Source: an uncultured Planctomycetales bacterium | GTDB lineage: Bacteria; Omnitrophota; Gorgyraeia; Zapsychrales; Fredricksoniimonadaceae | NCBI GenBank assembly: GCA_964643325.1 | Contig: CAZXSE010000001.1 | Coordinates: 84,780-148,779, forward strand | Direction of reading: 5' to 3' | DNA: 64,000 bases | Part shown: positions 20,200-27,511 of the stretch, one piece after another | Numbering within the stretch: the first letter of the stretch is position 1 | Layout of the letters: each line of letters begins with the position of its first letter | Notes under the pieces: model-generated | Databases searched by the model: none | What the model saw: the letters and a program-made list of their open reading frames with translations, nothing else | Told to the model about the DNA's origin: nothing | Program-made: the position numbers and the translations under genes

Positions 20200-21969
20200 A
20201 TGCTCACCAGTATGATCGAACGCCTCAAAAAAGCCCTCTCCCGCAACGAGAACGTGTACCTGCTCTTGGCCGTCATGGCATGCGCGGCCTATTGCCTGTG
20301 CCTGCCCAACGAGATGTTCTGGGACGATCATGATTTCATCCTCAAGAACACCTACATCAAGGACTGGCGGTTCTGGCCGAACTTCTTCACCGAAAACATC
20401 ATTGCAGGCAATCACCTCATCAGCAATTACTGGCGCCCCCTGCTGCAGACGATCTTTGCGATTGAATGGCATTTATGGAGCGACTGGGCCTGGGGCTGGC
20501 ATGCCGTGGCGATCGCCTGGCACGCCGCAGCGGCCATGATGTTGTTCAAAACCGTGCATATTCTCCTGAAAGGCCGCACGCTCGCGATCCTGACAGCGCT
20601 GCTGTGGCTCGTGCACCCCGTGCATACGGAAGCGGTGGTCTATCCCAACAGCATGGGCGACGCGCTCGCCACATTCTTCGTGCTCGCCGGTATTTACGGC
20701 TACGCGCGCTTTCGCGAAGGCCGCAAACCAACGCGCTGGTATGCCATGGCACTTGCCATGTACCCGCTGGCGCTTTTGTCCAAGGAGACCGGCATCCTCC
20801 TGGTCGCCTTCATCGGGCTCGCGGACTTCCTGTTGATCCCCGACGAACAAGGCGCCGCGCCCGGCCATTACCAGCGCATCCTCAGGATCCTCAAACGCAT
20901 CTGGCCTTTTATCCTCATGGCGGTCGTTTATCTTGTACTGCGCGCCACGGTGCTCAATTTCCGTAATTCGTTCAATTTCTACGATGAGGTCACGCCCTTC
21001 ACGTCGAACTTCTGGCTGCGCCTGGGCACGTTCTTTCGCGTGATCGCGCTCGATGCCGGATTTATCTTTATTCCGTATGAACTGCGCGTGGAACGGCTGA
21101 TCGACACACCCAAAACACTCCTGGAGCCTGATGTCCTTTGGGGCATGGCCATTTGCGCGGGCATGACGATCCTTGCGATCCGTAACTGGACGCGACGTCC
21201 GGCCATCGCCTTCGGCATCCTGTGGTTCTTTGTCGCGATCCTTCCCACGTGCAACCTGTTCGTCATCATCAACGCGATGGTCTATGAACATTTCCTGTAC
21301 GCCGCGCTGGCCGGGATCCTGATCGCAATACTGACCTTCGCGCTGGAATGGGCGCATGACGCGCGCCGGCGCCGTCTCCTTTTTGCAGCCGTAATGGGTA
21401 TCATCCTGATCTTCACGGGGCGCTGTGCCTGGCGCTGCCTGGACTGGCGCACAGCCACCGGGTTCTATGAGCAGCTGCTGCCTCATGTGCCGACGAGTTA
21501 CCGCGTCATCAATAATCTGGGCATGGCTTACGCCGAAAGCGGCTCTCCGGAGAAAGCGCTGGCCACCTATGCCAAGGCGATCGCACTCGACCCGACGAAT
21601 GCCGTAGCCTATCACAATACAGCCAACATCCACCGCGACGCCGGCCGTAAGGATGTCGCCCGGATCTATTATGAAAAAGCCCTGGAGCTGCAGCCGAACT
21701 TCATCTTCTCCTACAAATCCCTGGCCCAGATCTATATCGACAACAACGAATACAACAAGGCGCGCCTTTTGCTCGAAAAGTATTACCTGATGTGCGACGA
21801 GCAGGCCTACATCCTGAAACTGCTCACCGAGCTGGCTTTCCGCGAAGGCGCCCATGCCGAAGCCAGGAACTATCTGCTCATGACCCTGCAGTTAAGGCCT
21901 AATGATCCGGATGCTCTCGCCGCGCTCAAGACGCTGGAAAAGATATCAGAAAAAAAGCCCGTCAAATGA
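20200..21969 (+). CDS. TMTC/PMT-like (GT-C type) polytopic membrane protein with C-terminal TPR repeats. The only plus-strand gene in the window.
   Basis: It has multiple TM helices and an acidic WDD motif in the first loop (NEMFWDDHDFI), as in GT-C glycosyltransferases. The C-terminus carries TPR repeats (NNLGMAYAESGSPEKALATYAKAIALDPTNAVAYHNTANIH...). The start at 20200 is preferred over 20149. Confidence 0.6.
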   Translation: MLTSMIERLKKALSRNENVYLLLAVMACAAYCLCLPNEMFWDDHDFILKNTYIKDWRFWPNFFTENIIAGNHLISNYWRPLLQTIFAIEWHLWSDWAWGWHAVAIAWHAAAAMMLFKTVHILLKGRTLAILTALLWLVHPVHTEAVVYPNSMGDALATFFVLAGIYGYARFREGRKPTRWYAMALAMYPLALLSKETGILLVAFIGLADFLLIPDEQGAAPGHYQRILRILKRIWPFILMAVVYLVLRATVLNFRNSFNFYDEVTPFTSNFWLRLGTFFRVIALDAGFIFIPYELRVERLIDTPKTLLEPDVLWGMAICAGMTILAIRNWTRRPAIAFGILWFFVAILPTCNLFVIINAMVYEHFLYAALAGILIAILTFALEWAHDARRRRLLFAAVMGIILIFTGRCAWRCLDWRTATGFYEQLLPHVPTSYRVINNLGMAYAESGSPEKALATYAKAIALDPTNAVAYHNTANIHRDAGRKDVARIYYEKALELQPNFIFSYKSLAQIYIDNNEYNKARLLLEKYYLMCDEQAYILKLLTELAFREGAHAEARNYLLMTLQLRPNDPDALAALKTLEKISEKKPVK

Positions 21970-21978
21970 CGGGCTTTT
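21951..21978. terminator. Bidirectional intrinsic terminator between convergent genes
   Basis: AAAAAAA-GCCCGTC-AAAT-GACGGGC-TTTT. The minus-strand reading gives a 7-bp GC stem followed by U7. The plus-strand stop codon lies inside the hairpin. Confidence 0.7.
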
Positions 21979-21998
21979 GATGATCGACCATCTTATTT

Positions 21999-24900
21999 TC
22001 ATTGCAAGATCGTCTTGACCGGCATGATGTTAACAATGACCGGCGTGAACCCGGCAACGCCTTCGGCCTTGATGCGTTCGATAACCGCAGGGTCGACCTT
22101 CACTGTAACGGCCTCATTCGTACGCTCGATCTTCAAGTTCAATGCCGCGAGATCAAAGTCGATGCCGCCGAGATCTTGGGAGGCCGCTATCTGCGGCAGG
22201 ATCGCCTGTGACAATCCCGCATCGCGCCCCGTGACAACCGATGCGTTCAACCACCCGAAAACGCGCCGCGCCTCAAGAACGGCATGTTCCGGCGAATCAG
22301 AACCATGTGTTGCATTGCGCATTAAGTCGCCCGGCACCCCGAATCGGGGGCGGATCACATCCTTCATGAGCGCCCTCAGCTTCTCGACAGCATTATTGCC
22401 GGACTTTAATGTCAGGAACACGGGGATCACCTGGCCTTCCCCGGAAATATAATCGACCAGCTCCTGAAAGAACGCTTTTCCGGCATGAACATCATAGAAT
22501 TCCTTTGCCTGTTCCGACGTCAACACCATCGCCGGCGCCGTGATCACGTCAAACCCCGCATCACGATACTCCTGAAAGATCGCCTCTTTGTTCTTGACGC
22601 CGTCGGGCTTGATCATGGCGTAAACAGCCCGCCCTTCACGCGCATTCTTAAGGAAATCATGTTGGAATATCGCCAAAGAGGTCACTGCCGCGGCATCGGC
22701 CGGCTCGGGCGCATCCGCAACATTCTCCAAAAGGCTCTGTGCGGCATCAATCGTTGAAACAGTGACATCCCCCTGTTCATTGACCACGACATGCACATCT
22801 TCCAGAATGATCTTTCCGTCGGGCATTAACAGGAAGTCTTTTTTGTGCTCGTTCAAGTCCACTTCCGACCCGGTGTTGTTCTCTATCAAGACCTTGCCGC
22901 GCAAGATCGCATCTTCGAACTTCACCACACCTTTAATACTGATCTCTTTTAACGCGTCGACATTCGCATGTCCGAACGCATCCATGACATTCTGGACATC
23001 TTCATAATATTTGTCCATGCTGCCAAAGCCCGGCAGGCTGCCCGGATTATTATTGACCAGTCTCCACGTAGCTGTATCGATCCTGAAATACCCCGAGTCG
23101 GCATACAGCCAATGGTCCCACGCATACTTGACCGGCGTAAAGAACGTTTCTCTTTCATCCGTATCCGCATTGACAACATAAAGCAAGCGTTCAAATCCAT
23201 ACTTCTTCATCAGACCCCGCACCTGAGGATCCTCTGTGGTCACAGCAAAACGATTGATGTTGAGCAACGCAGAGCCCATCGCGCCCTCAAGCTGGATCAC
23301 TTTCTTCTTCTCCGGACCCTTCAATTTTTCGTTCAGGATAAGGTCCGGCGTCACGATCTGCGCAAACTTGTTCGGCCCAATGATGTCGTAAAGCTCCTTA
23401 AGGAACGGCTGAAGAACGGAATAATTAACAAGCGCGATATTAGTATTAAAAAGCTGTCCGCCAGGCTCACCCGTCGTAAGCCCCATCTCCGCAAAGATCT
23501 TCTTCTGGTCATCCCCACGCACCTGTCCAAGCTCGAGCATGTCGGTCACATACCCGCCCTGGGCAAGCTTCTCACCGCCGATCAATCCGCCTTTCTTATC
23601 CAAGGCAGTCTTCGTGGTCGATATCATGACGATCGGGACTTTCTTGTCTGCCATCCAGCCGACAATATAAGGATCCGGTGCATTGTTCGTACCATCGCCA
23701 TTATAAACAGTGCGGATCAGGATCTGCCCTTCCGGAAGCTTTGCGGTCAACGCATCCTGCAGGACCATGCTACCCAACTGCCCGTGCCCACCCGGAGCAA
23801 GAAATTCATCTGTCATGGAATCTGTAGCAATGTCAATGACCGGCAAAGATGCCTGAACGATCTCAGCCGGGATCTCAATATTGTTCTCTGCTAGGACCTG
23901 CCGGTACGTTCTCTTGGCTAACTGCGGCAATTGGCCGTTGAGACGGTCCCGGAGATAGATCGTTTCATTCAGGAACTTTTGCATCGGCTCAAGGCTCTCG
24001 GAATTGACCAGCTCCTGCATGATCACCTTGCCGTAATCCCCGGCTGTGTGCAAGACCTGCAGATATTTAAGCTCTGTCGTGCTCACCGGAACTTTGGTAA
24101 CAACCACCGGATCACCATTCTCATCAACTCCCGACAGATCAAGAAAGAAATACAGGTCCGTTCCTTTGGCCCCGATCTTGTCGCGCCCCAACTGTTCCTT
24201 CAAATAACGCTCGCGGGCCACGCTCGTGCCAAGCCCGCCGTTCATCTCATCCGCCCAAAGCACAACACTCTTCGCGGCCGCCAGATTCTCCTGCAGGCGC
24301 ACCTGCGTTTTGTAATCTTTAGCCCCCAGGAACTTGTCCCTGTCCTCAGGCGTCATGCGCGCGGAAGGCAAAAAGTTCTTGTCGATAATAAGCTGTTTCT
24401 CCTGGCCGGGATTCTTTTTCATCCAGACATATTTCGCGAACAGCCCCTCCAGATAACCTTTATCAAATTCAGCCAGCCGGAGCTTATCCGCAAAAACATT
24501 CACGTCCGTGCTCATCGTCGGCACAGACGCATTGTCCTCTGCCATGTCCGCCTGGATGACCGCGACCGTGACCTGATTTAATTCCCCCGTCGATACCTGT
24601 GCCGCCCCCGGGATCTGGGCAGCGTCCGCAACCTTGTGCACGCCTACCGTGGCCGTCACCTGGGCCAGGTCCACGCCGCCCGAAAAATACTGCCGCGGCA
24701 CAGTTGCCTGCGTCACCGGGTCCGTGTCTTCCTTTATATAGTTGAATACGCCTTCCTTGTAAGCCGCCACATACCGCTCATAGATTTTTTCTTTATCCGA
24801 CGCATCCTCTGCGGCAACGCCCGCCACCTTGCCCTGATCCGCGTACACCTGGGATAACAAACTTTCCTTTAAATTCTTCTTATACCAGGCCGCCAGAATG

Positions 24901-25721
24901 AGCGCCTGATAGACCTGGCGCAACAAAGCAAAATTCTTACCCGTGTTAACTTCCTTCTCGATCTCGGGAAGAATGACCTGGCGCATGGCATCGGCAGACA
25001 CTTGCGCGGATGCCGCGGCAATATCCGTGTTGACCCCTTCAGTGCCGGCGTTCATTCTGCGTGAAAGATAATCCTGTTCCATCATGACCTTCAAATGACT
25101 GGCCCCGACAACCGCCGTACCATTGACCTCATAGACCGTGGCGCTCTCAGGCATGATCCATACTTTATTGAATGCATTCGCCGGAAGGTCCGCCGAGCCC
25201 AGGACTTCACGCGCCTTGGCATAAACGCGCGACCAGAATTCTTTTCCGAGCGTCGTTTCCGGATAGATCATGGACGCGGAAAGCTGTTTCAGGACATAAT
25301 CCTGCGCCAGCAGGTCGCGGCCCATCTGCGTCTGGCCGAACGACTCGGCTGCAATGCGGTCTTGCTCGTATGGCGAAAGGTTCACCCAAAGATCTTTTTC
25401 AGGAATGGTCAGCGCGGCGAGAAAATATTTTACCAGCTTCCTGGTCTCCGCCTTGAGCATGGCCTGATCGGCCTGCGTGTTCCCGCTGTCCACAATAAAA
25501 TCAAAGACCAGCGGCTGATCAGGATGGACCTTGACTGCGCGCAGCATGACCGGAACATAAGCATCCGATACATTGAGCATCTGCCCCGGAACCGGGAGCT
25601 CCATCACGCTTTGCGCATATGTGGTGGCAGGCAAAATAAAGCTCGTGGAAAAGAAGACCGCGGCCTGAACAAGAGAAATGCAACGGAAAAAAGAATTCCT
25701 GCGGATCCTGTGTGCTGACAT
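21999..25721 (-). CDS. 1240-aa multidomain protein: signal/anchor sequence, unassigned ~430-aa region, UDP-sugar pyrophosphorylase (UDPGP) domain, nucleoside-diphosphate kinase domain, unassigned ~85-aa tail
   Basis: N-terminus MSAHRIRRNSFFRCISLVQAAVFFSTSFILPATTYAQS. UDPGP motifs: ADEMNGGLGTSVA, LAPGGHGQ, YNGDGTNNAPD and TALDKKGGLIG (about aa 470-990). NDK motifs: YAMIKPDGV, FYDVHAGKAFF and RNATHGSDSPEHA (about aa 1030-1155). The tail contains GGIDFDLAALNL...GFTPVIVNIMPV. The SD GAGGGAGAG lies upstream. Confidence 0.8.
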   Translation of the reverse strand: MSAHRIRRNSFFRCISLVQAAVFFSTSFILPATTYAQSVMELPVPGQMLNVSDAYVPVMLRAVKVHPDQPLVFDFIVDSGNTQADQAMLKAETRKLVKYFLAALTIPEKDLWVNLSPYEQDRIAAESFGQTQMGRDLLAQDYVLKQLSASMIYPETTLGKEFWSRVYAKAREVLGSADLPANAFNKVWIMPESATVYEVNGTAVVGASHLKVMMEQDYLSRRMNAGTEGVNTDIAAASAQVSADAMRQVILPEIEKEVNTGKNFALLRQVYQALILAAWYKKNLKESLLSQVYADQGKVAGVAAEDASDKEKIYERYVAAYKEGVFNYIKEDTDPVTQATVPRQYFSGGVDLAQVTATVGVHKVADAAQIPGAAQVSTGELNQVTVAVIQADMAEDNASVPTMSTDVNVFADKLRLAEFDKGYLEGLFAKYVWMKKNPGQEKQLIIDKNFLPSARMTPEDRDKFLGAKDYKTQVRLQENLAAAKSVVLWADEMNGGLGTSVARERYLKEQLGRDKIGAKGTDLYFFLDLSGVDENGDPVVVTKVPVSTTELKYLQVLHTAGDYGKVIMQELVNSESLEPMQKFLNETIYLRDRLNGQLPQLAKRTYRQVLAENNIEIPAEIVQASLPVIDIATDSMTDEFLAPGGHGQLGSMVLQDALTAKLPEGQILIRTVYNGDGTNNAPDPYIVGWMADKKVPIVMISTTKTALDKKGGLIGGEKLAQGGYVTDMLELGQVRGDDQKKIFAEMGLTTGEPGGQLFNTNIALVNYSVLQPFLKELYDIIGPNKFAQIVTPDLILNEKLKGPEKKKVIQLEGAMGSALLNINRFAVTTEDPQVRGLMKKYGFERLLYVVNADTDERETFFTPVKYAWDHWLYADSGYFRIDTATWRLVNNNPGSLPGFGSMDKYYEDVQNVMDAFGHANVDALKEISIKGVVKFEDAILRGKVLIENNTGSEVDLNEHKKDFLLMPDGKIILEDVHVVVNEQGDVTVSTIDAAQSLLENVADAPEPADAAAVTSLAIFQHDFLKNAREGRAVYAMIKPDGVKNKEAIFQEYRDAGFDVITAPAMVLTSEQAKEFYDVHAGKAFFQELVDYISGEGQVIPVFLTLKSGNNAVEKLRALMKDVIRPRFGVPGDLMRNATHGSDSPEHAVLEARRVFGWLNASVVTGRDAGLSQAILPQIAASQDLGGIDFDLAALNLKIERTNEAVTVKVDPAVIERIKAEGVAGFTPVIVNIMPVKTILQ

Positions 25722-25772
25722 TCCGACTCTCCCTCTTTATATTATTTAAAAACCACCCAAAGATTTGTTCCA

Positions 25773-25801
25773 AGTATATCCGCTGATCTTTTGTTTTTCA
25801 A
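25773..25801 (-). promoter_or_regulatory. Sigma70-like promoter for the UDPGP-NDK fusion gene
   Basis: The minus strand reads TTGAAA (25801..25796), a 17-nt spacer, then TATACT (25778..25773), about 50 nt upstream of the ATG. Confidence 0.45.
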
Positions 25802-25859
25802 GGGCACGAAGTTACATTATTTATTATTTGTTGCCGGGCGGGAGTCAGCAGGAAAGCTG

Positions 25860-27188
25860 TTAGGGATAGAGAAAAAGGGCCTTGCGCTCATCGGAAGAAT
25901 TATAGACTTTGACTGCAGAAGAAATGCCGATGATCCTGGCTGCAATGCGCTTCTTTTTCAAATAGCGCAGGGCTTTAGGAGAGAATGTGAGCCGTTTATG
26001 TTTTCCAAGGACCACAAAAAGAACATCCGGCCCTTTTTTAGTCAGTTCTTCCACAAGGTCGCTGGTGATATGCGGCGGCACGAACTCCTCGGGCTCCTTG
26101 AGCTTGCCGTCAGCCCGGATATACAAAGGCTTCTCGATCTTGACCTTGCCTGCCATGATCCTGCCGGCAGAGGTCATCCTTAATTTCGGATAATACGAGG
26201 CCGTCAACGCCTTAAGGTCAATGCCCATGCGCGCCGCGGCCACAGCGCCGAGCATCACGGCATCATCCCCCAACTTAGCGGCAACAACTTTAGGGACGGG
26301 CAATCTTTTGAAGAACGGGTCTTTCTTCAAAGCGCTCTCAACTCTGGGCAGAAAAAAATCCCCGCACGCCTCGATCACGCCGCCGCCAAAAATGAACATC
26401 TCCGCATTAAAGACATGGTTCAATGTCACGCACGCGTGCGCCAGGGTTTCCGCCGCATGGGCCATGGTCCGCGTCACCAGCGGATCCTTGGCTTTCAACG
26501 CTTTGGCCAGCGTGCTGCTCTTGATCTGCCTGAACTTCGGGCCCGCCAGGTCCGTGATGATGGTCTTGGCGCCCTTTTTGATGGCCGCGCGGATATCGCG
26601 CTCAATGGCCCAGCGGCCTGCAACAGCCTCAAGGCATCCGGTATTGCCGCACGTGCACTGCGGCCCCTTGGGATCAACGCAAATATGCCCGAGCTCGGCG
26701 GCCGCGCCGTTACGTCCCGTGACCAGCATGCCCTTGACAATGACCCCGCCGCCAACGCCCGTTCCAGGAAAAAGCCCGATGATGTTCTGCGCCCGCGCCC
26801 CGGCCCCGAGCCACTTCTCGCCCATGACGCCGAAATTCACGTCATTGCCCACGGCCACGCGGACCTTATATTTTTTCTCAAGGACCTTCTTAAGGTCAAC
26901 CCCGCCCAGATCAATGTTCGGCGTCACCACGACCTTGCCGTCATTATCCACAATGCCCGGGACCGCAACGCCAATACCCAGCACTGCGTGGAACGGGACT
27001 TCCTTGGCCCGCAAAAGCTCCCGGACCAATTTCTCAATGACGCCCAAGACCTCTTTCACGCCCGCGCCCGGCGGAGTGGCCTCTTTGTGCTGGGCAGCAA
27101 TGGACCCCGAAGGCGTCACAAGCCCACCGTAGACCTTGGTCCCGCCCACATCAATGCCGATAAAATATTTCTCACTCTGACTTTGCAT
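25860..27188 (-). CDS. ROK-family glucokinase fused to a ~120-aa C-terminal Mth938/DUF498-like domain
   Basis: FIGIDVGGTKVYGG (ATP-binding site) and the ROK zinc motif CTCGNTGCLEAVAG. The ROK core ends near aa 320. The extra tail (PDVLFVVLGKHKRLTFSPKALRYLKKKRIAARIIGISSAVKVYNSSDERKALFL) resembles the Mth938 fold pattern. Confidence 0.85.
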   Translation of the reverse strand: MQSQSEKYFIGIDVGGTKVYGGLVTPSGSIAAQHKEATPPGAGVKEVLGVIEKLVRELLRAKEVPFHAVLGIGVAVPGIVDNDGKVVVTPNIDLGGVDLKKVLEKKYKVRVAVGNDVNFGVMGEKWLGAGARAQNIIGLFPGTGVGGGVIVKGMLVTGRNGAAAELGHICVDPKGPQCTCGNTGCLEAVAGRWAIERDIRAAIKKGAKTIITDLAGPKFRQIKSSTLAKALKAKDPLVTRTMAHAAETLAHACVTLNHVFNAEMFIFGGGVIEACGDFFLPRVESALKKDPFFKRLPVPKVVAAKLGDDAVMLGAVAAARMGIDLKALTASYYPKLRMTSAGRIMAGKVKIEKPLYIRADGKLKEPEEFVPPHITSDLVEELTKKGPDVLFVVLGKHKRLTFSPKALRYLKKKRIAARIIGISSAVKVYNSSDERKALFLYP

Positions 27189-27203
27189 AGATCCTTTGAT
27201 GTT

Positions 27204-27334
27204 TACTCGACAAGATGTCTGCAGTCCATGTCCCGTGCGAGTTCCGCAGGCCGTTCCACCAAATCATCTTATTAGAAAAAGGCCGAGGACTGTCTGAGCA
27301 CCGGGACATGGACAAAGACAGATCTTGTCGAGTA
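27204..27334. other. Long imperfect inverted repeat (hairpin A, 131 nt)
   Basis: 27204-27216 (tactcgacaagat) pairs with 27322-27334, and 27224-27235 (gtccatgtcccg) pairs with 27302-27313. Shorter inner pairings include GGCC at 27249-52 with 27281-84. The apical loop is about 28 nt. Confidence 0.6.
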
Positions 27335-27338
27335 TATA

Positions 27339-27458
27339 CATGTCGCTGGCGGCTTTTGCCATGCCTCGGCGCTCAGCAGAGAGCGGCCTTTCTTAATTTA
27401 CGGGAAGCCGCTCTCTAATTCGCGCCTCGGGCATGGCAAAATCCGCTATCGCGACATG
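27339..27458. other. Long imperfect inverted repeat (hairpin B, 120 nt), 4 nt from hairpin A
   Basis: Paired blocks are 27339-46/27451-58 (8 bp), 27349-52/27443-46 (4), 27354-65/27430-41 (12, ttttgccatgcc), 27368-72/27422-26 (5) and 27378-87/27407-16 (10, agagagcggc). The apical loop is about 9 nt. Confidence 0.6.
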
Positions 27459-27511
27459 CATCGAAACAACCTTATGAATTACACCAAAGCCGCCAGCAAC
27501 ATGCAAATCAT

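Noticed and set aside
27204-27458. Identity of the two long hairpins as SRP (4.5S) RNA, 6S RNA, tRNA or tmRNA.
   Set aside because: There is no GGAA/GNRA-capped domain IV-like motif with AGCAGCC-type flanks, no single ~180-nt rod with a central bubble, and no T-loop GGTTCGAATCC-type sequence. The identity remains unassigned.
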